A stretch of 64,000 nt of DNA. Origin: Dimorphilus gyrociliatus. Its lineage: Eukaryota > Animalia > Annelida. The position numbers and the translations under genes were made by a program. The stretch covers positions 1,488,001 through 1,552,000 of the forward strand of contig CAJFCJ010000012.1 in the NCBI GenBank assembly GCA_904063045.1, given 5' to 3'. Under the pieces are notes generated by a model. That model searched no databases. It was not told where the DNA came from and was given only the letters and a program-made list of their open reading frames with translations. Position 1 is the first letter of the stretch. Every line of letters begins with the position of its first letter. Below are positions 50,430 to 63,518 of the stretch, in pieces.

Positions 50430-51786
50430 TCACGATGAATTAATTTGAGTTAGTAGTTCAAAGCCAACCGGACAAGTACAATACCATATACTTTCACTTT
50501 CAAATGATAGATATAAATAGAAACCTATAACAAAGCAAATAGAAAACAAACATAAAAAACAGTTCATAACATATATTCATCAATTAAGTAATTAATTATT
50601 AATGTATTATTAATTCTATATGTATATTTGACTCATACCTTTACAATCCCTTATATCTTCCTTAGGATCCACTGAAAACAATGATCCAAAGTTTTACTAT
50701 TGGTATTTCATTTTCTTAAAATTATTACTTACCACAGGAATTAACAGCATCAAAATCTGATTCATATGATTGATGTATCTGGCATTTTTTGCCTTATTTA
50801 TATAAAAAAAGGACAAAAGTTTCTATTTTTAGAATTGTTATTAAGTTAACTAACCATTAGAGCAACTTTCTTTTGCGCAAAGTTGGAAAACTTTTTGAAC
50901 ACTTAACACTTTTAGTTCTGGAATTTGAAAAAAGTGATTTGGGACTGAAAAGAAATTATCAATATATATTATATAAATAATCATTAAATATATTACAGTT
51001 TGAGGTGCGTCTAGTATTATAAGATTTTCCATCACAAGCTTCGTATTGTTTATGAGCTAAATATTGAATGGAATGCAATACATCTAATACAGTATTTATA
51101 TTTATTACAGAAATATAATAAATATAACCTTTTATAGTTTTACTTTCTTGGCACGGTTCGTCCTGAAGAGAATTTGGTGAAAATGAACATTCGCATTTAA
51201 AAGTATTTCCAGAAGACCAACAAGTACCAGCTGATTTTGAAAGTATTATTGTAATTGTTTCTCTGAGATTTATATGTTTGTTATATTTATTTTATTACCA
51301 TTGCCACAAGGTTTTCCATGACACGGACTAATGGTAGTGTTAAGATTGTTAGTTGGACAGGATCGAAAATATTCGCAACGGTCACCAACGTAATTTTCTT
51401 TACAAATACATTTAATAGTCATATCACTGTAATATTTTAATACTCCTACAAAAGTAAGTGATCGTAAAATTTAGGAGAAAAACTATTGACTCTTTTCACC
51501 ATTGTTCATGCATATCTTTAAAGGGTCTGAAAAAAGAAACCAAAAGTTTTTATTACTGTTTTAGAATATTTTGAGAATTATAAAATATTCAAATTACCTA
51601 GATCAATGGGAATTTTATCGTTTGTATCCCTTCTACTTCTATGAGGCTGTGATTGGCTATCTAAGATAGAAGAAGAATTCAAAAAATTTAAGCAGTCGAA
51701 ATAGAACAATTAATTATTTCACCTTGTATATTAATTATACAGTAAAAAACAATCAAAAAGTTTTGTAGTTTAAAACTTATAGTCAT
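50430..51786 (-). CDS. Secreted EGF-like-domain protein, 242 aa, 10 exons: 51723-51786, 51598-51660, 51500-51526, 51299-51445, 51129-51230, 51036-51083, 50855-50944, 50733-50792, 50639-50671, 50430-50524
   Basis: All nine introns are GT-AG and phase 1, and all eight internal exons are multiples of 3. Hydrophobic N-terminus, RSRR furin-type site, EGF motifs CMNNG...KCICKENYVGDRCEY and PCHGKPCGNAGTC...FKCEC, plus a C-terminal WYCTCPVGF. Confidence 0.8.
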
Positions 51787-52265
51787 GTTGGTCACGGAAG
51801 AAGATATTTCATCTCAATAGATTCTTATTCTTACTCTCATTTTTATAGCTATACTTCTCTGATGCTTGAAAGGAGCATCGAATAAATAACATTCATCTAT
51901 CAACTTCATCTGTTAAATAGGTATGAATGATTTTGAAAGAAAAGTAAAGAATCTTATTTAAGGGAATTGATAAGATGATAGATTGAGTACATGATAGAGA
52001 TTGACATCAAATTTAAGGGGTTTTTTTATTATATTTAAATGTTATTTTTCAAATAGTAGATGCTATTTAACGTTCAAAAGGTTGCAGTTAAATGACCTAA
52101 AAAAGGCTATATTTATAAAAGAAAATTTCATTCCCTAAAACAAATTAGTTGCTTTTCAAATATTTATATTTCAATAAATTAATATACACGATAGTTTAAT
52201 TCAACTAAATCCATTTTATTCTACAAACAAAAATGATCTTTTAACACTTTGAACTTTCAAATATT

Positions 52266-53281
52266 CTATAAAACTGACATCCTAAATGCCGAATAACGTG
52301 CTGGCAGTGTAAAAGCGTCTATCATATTACTTGTTCCACCCACTGTTAAATAAGTGGAATGATGTATTGAATATACGTCTTTTGCGTTCACCTCAATTGA
52401 ACGATTATGTTCACCGTTTATACTCCACTCGTGAAGCTTTCCATCATCGCCACCTGAGTGAATAATTCCGTCTTGGGTTCTTATACAATGAGTTACAGAA
52501 TCACAGTCGAATGTTGAGGCAGGAGTTGAAAGATTTCTTAGGAACCAGACAGAAATGGGAACGCTACCTCCGCATACAATCCAATCGTCGGAGAAATCAC
52601 AGGAAGAGAGCCATTTACCAGTCCCATTTTTTACTAAATATATAAAAGACAAACTTAGACTTTATATAATCTATTCAATTTAGAAGACATACCGTGCTCA
52701 AAAGGTCTTATTGTATCAGTAGCCTTGCCGTTCGCTATATCCCACAATTTTAAAGTTCCATCTTCTGATACCGAAGCTAATCTATCATTTTTCCAGCAAA
52801 TAGATAAAACAGACTCCGAATGACCTTCTAAAACTTGAATGGTTTTATTTGTCACCAAATCAATCTTCCTTATTACTCCATCGCCACAGCCAGCAAATAC
52901 GTGTCCATTTTTATCAATAGTCATATCGTTAATTTCTCCATCTTCAGAAATGGAGAAAGATGAGACACTACTGCAAGCATCGTCAGATGGTAGATCACTC
53001 CATTTCCAGCATGATAAACAATACTTTTTATTATCCGTTCTACCAGAACTGACCAGAAGATTCTCAAAGGTCAGTAAAGAATAAATAGGACTTGAATGAG
53101 CTTTAATAATGGACTTTGGTTCCCATTCGCTCTTCGGATTTACCTTGTTTGATAGTATTTTAGACGTATCGAAAATGCTGATATACCCATGGTTCGTTCC
53201 TACAGAAAGATAATTGCCGCAATCTGAAAGTGCTTGATCATAGACAGTTGTGTATTGTTTTTGTAGTTCGGAAACAGTCAT
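52266..53281 (-). CDS. THOC6: THO complex subunit 6 (WD40). Exons 52693-53281, 52266-52633
   Basis: LQKQYTTVYDQALSDCGNYLSVGTNHGYISIF, AHSSPIYSL, EINDM, AGCGDG, GHSESV, SVSEDGTLKLWD, GKWLSSC...DWIVCGG and LTVGG follow the THOC6 pattern. Confidence 0.9.
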
Positions 53282-54065
53282 TTTTAGAATAGATGCCTAT
53301 TTTTTAATAAAAAAACAAATTTCTTTTATTTTAAGTGAAGCTCCCTTAGCGAAATGAATCCCAAGACTATAGTATCCACGTTTACTTCGGAAAGTTTAAA
53401 TTATCGCTCAACTGTTTTAAGTATGTCTTATCAAGCACTTGTTTTTTATTTGTATGTTCTTTGATATGCTAAATACGCATTTACTTTTATTTCAATTAAG
53501 AGGATAGATTTAGTTTAACTTATCTTTGAAACTAAAAGTGTGTTTGTTCATCATCTTATTGATGTTTCAGAGTACTTGCAAATTTTCCTATACTCTTTCA
53601 AAAGCTTATTCCATTCGTTGAAGAAAGGCTGGAATATTTGAAAATATCATCCTCATAACAATCGATTTATTGCTTCCAAGATGGATTTCGTTTCCACTTT
53701 CAATAACCTAATTTGCTGCTGCTATATTATGTTTCATCAAGAGATGAAATCTTATATGACGGCATTATAACATTTATTTATAAATAGATAGTAAGAATTT
53801 ATTAAAGAATAAAAAAAACAACAATTCTTTCATTTAACTAATTAATGAAGTATATTTTAAGAAATCAGTCAATTTCTTCCCCCTTGTCCCCTCTTTTCAT
53901 TTGGGCTTTTGTTTAATCTTTTCCTTTTGATGACGTAATAGTAGTCTTTCTGATCAGTAAATGTAATGTTTTCCTTAGATCAGATAATGGACTTTGAAGA
54001 TGGTAATTTTTTGTTTGTAAATATAACTAAAGACGCCATATTTTGAAGGAAGAGAATCGAGTTCA

Positions 54066-56322
54066 TTAAATAAATGTGTTAGAATCTGTAAAGGGTCCCA
54101 TATAACTTGGCCATGTTTGATGTTCAAATTTCTTTGTCTTACAGTCTTTACAGTCGCATGTCAATTTAATTCGATAAATGGTTGTCTGACCCATATGCAA
54201 ATTATAAGGATCATATTCTTTTTGGAACTGTATGTTCGTACTTTTATTTGATTTTTTCAAGCACTCTTCAGTAATTACTCTTTCGTATCCATCTCTATCC
54301 ATACCGTAGTATTTACCCGATGCAGTGAACCGTCGCTTCTCCAACTTCATTCCTTCGTCAATACAAACTTTATCCTTAGGAAACAGAACAGAAGTTTTAG
54401 CCGGATAAAACCAATATACAGCAAATAAAAGGTGAATAGAATTGTCAATAGAATTGGATTGTAAAGGTGGTGCCAAAGTGCCACTTGAAATATATCTTTG
54501 AATTCCTTCAGCGTCGTGTAGGCCAATATGACGGCGTTTTCTTTTGTGAGGCATATCATCGCCAAAAAACGGAAGTTTCGGTTTATTTCTTTCAAGATAA
54601 TCCAAAGCCTCCTTAGTTGTATTTACCCAAGCTGAATGTTCCTCTTTAAATCTTAAACCTGAATTTTAATAGAAATTGGATCTAATGTTCCAGATTGAAA
54701 TAGAAAACGTTTTTTAATTACATTACTTACGAGAATCGTATAGAACAGAGAAGTCCTTCATTACATCTGACATACCGATAAGTTCTCCATACCCAGTTTG
54801 CTTATGCTTTAATTGACAAAAATCAGATCTACTTTGTTCATGAACATTAGTTCCTTTGAGAAATTCAAATTCTTCTTTGTAATGCAAGGATCCGTTGCGT
54901 GAGCAATCAGCCTTCCAAAAGATAAAAATATCTTGACCAGATTCTTCGAAAGACCAAGTTAAAGGAGATGATTGAGTAGCTATTTCCGATTCTACAAATT
55001 TCGTAAGGGGCTTACCATTTCTACCATCAAGAACTACACTCTTTGCTGAATAATATAAAGGAAAGCCTGGACCAACAGAAAATTTAACAAGAAAGTCAGG
55101 AACTGAGTCATTGTTGTAGTAGCCAACAGATGGAGTACTATAACTTTCCGTACCTTTAGCAGTAAAATTCCAAAGCAGGACTGTAAGGTCTTTACCGTCG
55201 AAAGCTAAGACTGATGAATTGAAAGATGAGAAAATAAGGTCTTTAACACCATCATTTGTGATGTCTGTGATAACCGGAGGTGTCATTAGCCCTTTGTAAG
55301 GATCTGTATAAATCTTATGAGCCTTTTCAATCCGCCCCTCCACCAGGTCCGCAAGTGCTATATACCTGAAATTAATTAGAAAAATAAGTAAATGTTTACT
55401 CTTTACAATTTCTAAAGTAGACTGACAATAGAAATTACAAAATTTTTAAAAAGTGTATATACCATAGTGAACCCCCATGAGTCTCTCCACCGGTGCCAAA
55501 TAGAATTGTCCACTCTTTTCGATATTGAAATAAAACTGGGGAATAGTAGGATTCTCTTTCATCAGGAACATTTACCCATTGTAATACTTTTCCGGTTCTA
55601 CCATCTAATAATATTAGCCTTCCGACAACTCGTGTCTTACGACCGGGCTCTCCAAATGGATCTCCTCCATGTACTTCAAGGACATCACGAGTTCCGTCGA
55701 AATTTAAATCAGGCACAAATTGGGCAGTGTAAAAGTTCGACTGCCAGAGCAGTGAAGCTGTATCATTATAACGCCATATAATTCTCTTTCGTTTAGGCGA
55801 AAAGGCAAGTAATGTCTAATAGAATAATCAACAGAGTCAATGTATATTTTATGAATATTATCACATTAAACTATTTACCGCTCCCCTACCACCACAGACG
55901 CAATCTTTCCAACTGTCTCCATCAAGATCTTCTTGGCAGTTTAAGGCAAATATTTCATGTTCAGTATAAACTCTCCATATTTCCTATATTAAGTATATAA
56001 TAAAATTCACATAAAATTTAATAGAACTTTATTCAAATGGTGTACCTCTCCGGTTTTACCGTCTAGTGTCAATACACCACCGCCGCATGGCTTTTTACTA
56101 TTGAAATAAATATCGCATACAACGGGGTCGATAAAAAATGCTTCTGCACCGGTACCAAAACCAATGACAACGTCTAAAATACCATCACCATTTGCCTCAA
56201 CCATCCTGAGGGCACTTTCAGTTGTCAATTTTGGTATACCTTTCACCCATACATCCTCTACAGTTATTTTTGAACAACCCTTTCTGACCTGAAATGTTTA
56301 TTTGGCTATATATGTTGTATAA

Positions 56323-56365
<43 letters not shown>

Positions 56366-56789
56366 AGTTACGGTCCGAACAATTCAATCGTAACAATAAA
56401 TAATTAGATAAAATATTCAAACAAAATATTACCGGTTCGGAATAAGTAGAAACGAAGTAGACAATAAAACAGGCTACTGAACCTAAAAAGGCAGTAAAGA
56501 GAAGTAAATATATGAAGTTCCATACAAATTTTTCTATCCTAGATCTATATGGCGTTATTCGAACAGATCGAATTCTTGCTTTTGGTCTTGCAGTCATCAA
56601 TGGCTTTTCACTATCTTCAGGTTGTTGATCGGTTAAATCTAAGCTATCAAAAACCAACTCTTCTTCTTCAGATGCCGACTGCGGTTCATCAGAAGAAGAG
56701 GATGAAGATCTTCTCATGTAATAAACATTAACGGGAGTGTAGACAGCCTGACTGCGTCCCGTTTTACCAGACGTAAACAGAACTTGCAT
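54066..56789 (-). CDS. FAM234B-like: FAM234 (FAM234B/KIAA1467-like) type II membrane beta-propeller protein, multi-exon
   Basis: Acidic cytosolic N-terminus, a single TM (FVWNFIYLLLFTAFLGSVACFIVYFV), PKLTTESALR..NGDGILDVVIGFGTG, FG-GAP-like DLNFDGTRDV, PDERESYYSPV, LFGTGGETHGGSL, DITNDGVKDL, YNNDSVPDFL, C-terminal WPSYMG. Confidence 0.85.
56326..56362. repeat. (TA)n microsatellite in FAM234 intron 1
   Basis: Directly visible. Confidence 0.95.
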
Positions 56790-59700
56790 TAGTTTTTTTA
56801 CGCTTACTATTTATAAAATGTCGAGAATATCATAAATCTGTTTAGTAGACGCCTTTAAACTATGCTTGAGAGACTTTTGTCCTTCACATTGAATATAAGG
56901 TTTGCAAATAGCGACGCCTGTTGGTATGCTGACATAAATGACAAGGAGACGTTATGTATACGCCTACATTTTAAAAAAAAATATCAATTTCAACGAAACA
57001 TCCTTTACAAATATCACATCAAATAGAACATTTAACGACGCCAATTATATAGAATCCCAGCAAAGCTCAACTTGTTAATTATTTTACGCGATCTATCGAC
57101 CTTAATTTCCATAATACACCTCAAACTGACAGCAAGTCTAATTAATTAAATGAACTCTACTTATTAACTAATTAATGTAGATTACTGTAGTACCTTGAAA
57201 TTTATGTTTGGTAACTGATTTTTTTCATTCAAAGGTAAAAAAGAAAGATGCTTGGGAAGTTAGTTAATCAACTGGCAATTCATTTTCTGCTCTTTTAATT
57301 CCACCTATTTAATGTAAAAATTCGTTCACCCATTACATTAATTGGTTCCGGTAAGGTTCTTCTATTGTAATTGCTTTAAAATTTCCTTAGACATTGATTT
57401 AATCCAGAGTTTTTTCCTGCTTGAAAGATTTTCTCCCAGTAAAGTAAGCCTTTTTAAATAATGGTATGTATCCTTCGAATTGAGTATAAACATATACCAA
57501 ATTGAGAAAGACAGAGAGCGAAAGAGGGATAAGGGACAGATTAATACTTTAGCAAATAAAAATAATGCAGATGGCGTCACTACAATATTGGTGATAAAAT
57601 AATGCTTTGTAGTTTAGTCACGAATAGGGAAGCACCTTCAATTATCAGAGCAGAAAAGTAATTAACGACTCTTTTCTGTTCCTTCTGCTCTCTCCCATCT
57701 ATTATTTTTCTCTAAAACGAATAAAAGAAATATTCGAATTAAGCCATCAAGTCTTATCAAAACAAGCTTACTACACCCAAGAGATACTGGAAGCCAGATG
57801 GTGAAAATTGGCTAAGCCTAATAGTCACAAAGGGACATTAATTTTCCTTAGTAAAGCTGAAAGAACTTCGGCTGGTGCTCACTTGTCTTTTGACTATACT
57901 CCACCCATACTACCTATTCTTTCTTGCAGCGCGTGTCGCACCTGTTCGAAACAAAGCGCCTCAAAACTATACACACTCGAAATACAATCACTTTTCATAC
58001 TCCAGTACACTTTTTTCTTGACATCAAAGCCATTGCTCGATGCATTTTTCCTCTTATAGATTTTTTTCATCTTCCCCGTCTGATCTCTCTTGAACATGTT
58101 GAACAGTTGTTTTATTTTTTAATTTTTTTTTTTTTTGTATTGAAAAAAATTGGCGGATTAACCTCTGTGCCAGCTGCCTGAAATCGAAGTAGACTCTATT
58201 TGTAATTGGTCGCTAATTATCTAGCAAATTATAGTTACAAGAAAGAGAAACCTCTTAAAATACGAGCGGTGAGAAGAAGACGGTAGAAAGCTGACAGATG
58301 AAAGAAACAATTTCGAACGAAGGTCTTCTAAAGGCAGACAAGAAGCTGGAGGGTAAAGGGAAGAGACTAGGAAGATGCTTATCCCTTTTATAACCAGAAA
58401 GGGACTAAGATATTATATAGTGTAGATAAAAAAAGAAGACTGCAAAACGGCTCCTATGCCGTGTTGACCTTATGAACTACGTTGCTGTAGGGCGTCATTT
58501 GTTAATGGATGATTTTCTGCTCGCTTTTCGACACTCTTGATCCGTCAGCAAACTCATTACGCAATTGGAGATGCAATGCTAATTATACGAATAGAAGTCG
58601 AAAAAATCCGATTCATATTCCTCACACGATTTCCAAATGCGTTTCGACCCTTTTTACACATTCGTCGGTGTCCCCACCGGAATTCAGACTGTGGCCACTT
58701 CTCAAATGCTAATTGCTTTTTTTTTTTAAAACAAAGTATCAAATACAGCTAAACTTCAAAGCTATTAATCCTTTAACCTTGAAAGATTAAACAGGTAAAA
58801 ATATGGCTGTCATAAAATAAACACATATGTATATTTAAAGAAAGAACTCCAGTGTAAACGCATAGTTAACATTTATGCATAGAGTATGCGCATAATGTAT
58901 GTATAATGGATGGACGATCAGAGTTATAGTGACCGCCAACTCGTCGCCGACTAATTAAAGTTGACAGGCTAAGAGAATCACACTCTTCACATTATTGCAT
59001 TTCGAATATATTTCATTTTCGTATCCTTTAATGAAAAAACACTACTTCCCTTTCACGCATACTTCGTTCTTTATAAAGCTTCGCTGTATTGGACCGCATG
59101 CCTATTCATTTCATGCTTGGTTTGAAGTGAATATTATATAGTATATATAAATTTATATATATATATACTGTATATATTGTACATCTAAATTGTATATAAT
59201 CTATATTAGTTATACTGTTAGAATACAATATATCTCTATAATGTGGAAGGCATCTGAAAGATATTAAATACAGAGCAGAGGTCGATGGACAAAATCCTCT
59301 TACTGTTGAAAAGAAGTTACAGTTCCCTACCCTGGGTGTATGAAAGAGGGTCATGGTTCGGTCGCACAAGGGCTATCATCTTTTCTTCCTTCTTCCCTTT
59401 TCATCGCTATCGATTATCATCCATTAAACTCTTTCACGCTGCTTTCCGTTCTGCTTATACTAAGGAAAATGTGAAATATTATAATTATTCATAGATAGAT
59501 AGGTAGACAGGCGTACAGAGACTTAGCAAAGAAAAAGATAGAGAGAGAGAGAGAGAGTGGCGGAGGGAGAAAGAGAGAAAGAGTAAAATGGAGATATATA
59601 AAATGTGTAAAAGGAGAGGAAAAAAAGAGAAAATTTCAAAAAGAAAATCATAAAGAAAGACAAAAAAAATTGAGAAAAAAAAACTCAGCAAAAAAACAAT

Positions 59701-62700
59701 GTTCATATGATTATTACCACTGTTATTATTATTATTATTTATGACTATGTAAATTAGTTTACGTGAGTAACGTGACTCTCACACCTGCCATTAGATATAC
59801 AGTTACGTAATTGTGGAATGTAGCGAATGGATAGGAAAATCTATTATTTATATTTTTTCTTCTACTTCTATCTTCCCGCTGACTGATGGTATTCATTTGT
59901 TCAGGCATTGAGTAAAGAATAAGATAGTGGAAGTTTTAAATAGCCCAATTAACTGTACAATTCCGGTTTTCGATCTTTTCTTTATTTACGACCCCTTCGT
60001 CGACAAACAACGTCGCAATATGTGTATCGACGCCGTTCATTGTTCAGCGGCAATATGATGATCAAAAAAAATTGCAGGCGCCTTGATGTCTGTTTTCTGC
60101 CGACTTTATGCACTACATATTGATTTTCAGTTATGTACCTATATTTCCTTTATATCCTCTTTTTCACAATTGGTGTATATGTGAAGAAAACGACGTGTAT
60201 ATAGGCCTGTAAAGTTAGAATTACTCGACATCGTTTGCCACCTGAGCCCATTCCTTCTTCGACTTCTCTCGGAAATTCCCAAAGGGTAGCTCAACAGAAT
60301 AATGCTTTCGTTTTTCCCGTGCCCTTCTACGTCGCCTCTTCTGTCTCAATAACGCCCCTTCCTTCCCTTTCCGCCCTTCCTTTCGATCAGAGTCGTCAGA
60401 AATTAGACGTTTGTTATGTAAGCCTATAGGTAGACAGGTGCAGCAATACTGCTTATTGACGATACTTAATCACGCTTAAAAGCGAAGACGTTTTCCATCT
60501 GCCTTTCTGCACGATTTACTCCTCCATTAGTCTTCCCTCTAATGGGGATTTAAACGAAATAATAGTTGGCCGCGATATAGGCCCTCAAATCAAAAGAGCA
60601 TGCACGTTGCTTTGTTACGCAATATCTAGTAAACGGGTTGAAATCCATTAATCGCAATTGATTCTCTTTCCTATTTATTTTGTTATATTATAAGTTAATT
60701 ACTAATTAAAATTGTCGGTGAAGGAACAAATATCATGCTTGCGCGCGGCGCTGAAATCGTTAATGAAAACGCGTGCGCGCGCCAAATCTGGTAAATCATT
60801 CGTCGTCCGAAAATTGAAGGATTCGAATAACTAAGGATTTTCTCGTTTATCTACTAAACTAATCTTTCTATTCATTTGCCTCAGGTAGGATTAATATTCT
60901 ATGGTATTTTTACGGTATATTAACTCGTATTTCGCTGAAATTCGTTTGTTAGTCAGCTTCTTAACGGATTTTCGAGCAATTCTTTTTCTTCGTTCCCGTA
61001 ATCGTTTAAAAATTTCGTTTCTCTTTTGTTTCTTTTATTACTTTATAGTCCTTGTGTCGTATCGATCGAGAATAACATAGAAGAACACCTGAGCACCTTG
61101 CCGGCGACATCTGTAACCTTTCAGACTTTTTTAAGGGAAACAAAAACGGGTAGTTTTTGTCAAAGCATGCCTAATAGGGTACGACCTCTATACTAATTGG
61201 CTGCATTCTCGGTCAATGCTTATCTTTCTATAAATCTTTACATTCCGGCGCACAGCCCCCCGACGGTTCGAATTCTTCAACGAGATTATCGTTATCTCGT
61301 TGTTCTTCTCCAATCTGCCGAATGGAACGTGTCCCATTAACAGTCAAATCAAATTATAAATCAGGTCCCGAAGACCTGACAACAGTTTTTATACAATACG
61401 TATCGTCAATAAACGGGCAATAAATCGTAATTTATAAAACCCCAAATCGAATAGAAATGTCAACAGCCGAAAGAAGCTTTTCCGCTGTCGTAAAATCCTT
61501 ATGGAAAAGTATTCCCAAGTCGTAGCGTTTTCTTCTATATATAATAAACTTATCTAAAGTCAAACTAAACAAGAAAAACTCTACATCCAATTATTTTCTA
61601 TTTCTTATAAGAAGGTCGTTAAATGAATAAATACTACTTCAGCTATTTCTTTTTCACTCTTGTTTCCTCTGTCTATCTCTATCTCTCTGTTCTCTAAAAA
61701 AGAACAAAATAATTGAACTTTCCGTAGCCCTTGTTCTATTATTTTTAGAACGCAAGTGTAAATACGTATTTCTACTTTTACTACTTTTGTTACAAGTGTG
61801 TGTGTCCACCTTAATCGGATATCGGAAGCGAAATCGAGAGCTGTCAGCCCGAATGGTTATGGATGCGTGTAAATAATGAATATTAACGAACTTGACAAAC
61901 AAATTAAAAACTGAATAACACTTAATAATGATCATAATCTTTTAAGTAAACAAAATTAATGGTAACATCATGTAAAAAATAACCTAAACACACTTTTTTC
62001 CCGCATTTTATTTAATCCTAATAAGATTAGTATGAATGGGAAAATTTTTCCATAGCCGGTTTTTATCGTTTCCTGAGTTGTTTAATACAATATTACAATC
62101 TGCTATTGTTATTTACCTCCCTTTACTCCTCCTCTTTCTCCTCCTCCTGCCTTACCTCCCTCTACTTTCCTCAGTCTGTCTCCTGTTTCTCTCCCTCTCT
62201 CTCTCTTCGCACTCAGCAGAATAATTTTCCTAAATATTCTCATTTACTAAAAGGATAAATACTTACAAATATACTTATCTGTTCCTCTTTTTTTCCATTA
62301 TTAAAATCTTTCTTCCTTGTAGTATTATACATGTTTTTTTGTCACTTAAAGTTATAATTTATGTATAAAGAAGGAAAAAAAACACTATGGACATTTACTT
62401 ACCCGCGTATATTGTTTTAAGAATGTGTACATCAATAATTTATATAGAAATATCGTATACGAACTGCTGCAGCCTGTACATATCCAAAATTCAATTTGTA
62501 CTCAGTATATGCATACAATTCTAATGAATATGTATGCTTTTAACTATTTTATATTTTTATTTGTATATATAAAGTCTGTTTTATGTTTAAATTAGGAATA
62601 GAAATGCATGTAAATACATTTAGAACCGTGTTGAAGATCTAATATTACACTTTGAGTCTTATATCTCTCTTGTTTTGTCACTCAGTCTCTCTGTCTCTCT

Positions 62701-63504
62701 GTCTCTCTCTCTCTGCCTCTCCCCTTGCCTGCCTCTACCTCTTTTTTTCTCTTTGTTATATTTACCTCGTCGTAAATAAGATTCTTTGTGTAATAGAAAA
62801 ATTTTCTACCTGAGATTATTGTCTGTTGCTATAGGAACGTGTATATTCACGGAAAGGTCAGATTGCTCATTATTAGAAGGTTTTTATCCACCCTTAAACA
62901 TCTAGAAACTGTTAATTCTACGATCGATCTCATTAAGCTATCTAGGTGTCAAATTTGCGTAGCGTAGGATAAAAAACATGTAATATAAATAAGATTACGG
63001 TTTGGTTTATAATAATATAATTCATTATTTTTAACGGTCTCAAGTGACATTTGGTCGTCGCTCTTCAGCTACTTTAGTTTGTCAATTTACTTTTGACAAA
63101 CCCCGCCTTTCCCTTTCTTCCTGATCAATAAAAGTAGTAAATATGTACATATATGCAGGAGTCAATGTTTATGCGAGAGACCTGACTTTTACGACTTTTC
63201 CCAATTAATAAATTCCACAATTAGAAAGGGCTACCTAGTCGGAGGTCGGCTTTTACAACTGCAATTCGTTTTTTATTTGCTTTTCTCTCGCTAGCAGCTT
63301 TATAAATAATATAGATCATTTTACCACAGTTATTTTTTCGAGTAAACACCCTCCTGGCTTTAAAAGGCAGTCATATTAATTCAATACCTTTACACGCAAT
63401 TAACGTCAGCTTTTCGCCTTATACTTTAAACAAATAGAAAAGAATCTGCTTAATCCATCGCTTTCTCTTTTATGTCTATATTTGTACAGCGTGACGGGTA
63501 CAAG

Positions 63505-63518
63505 GCACCAGGTGGCGT
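63505..63518 (+). promoter_or_regulatory. CTCF-like site GCACCAGGTGGCGT in the gene-free end region
   Basis: CACCAGGTGGCG matches the CTCF core. Confidence 0.45.

Noticed and set aside
53354-53641. Possible 2-exon 45-aa ORF divergent from THOC6 (MNPKTIVSTF...KKGWNI)
   Set aside because: Splice sites are plausible but the ORF is tiny with no recognisable motif; it cannot be distinguished from a non-coding upstream transcript or chance.
61255-61280. GGTTCGAATTC resembling a tRNA T-loop or B-box (also GAGTTCGATTCCC on the minus strand at ~63744-63756)
   Set aside because: No proper T-stem, A-box or cloverleaf around either.
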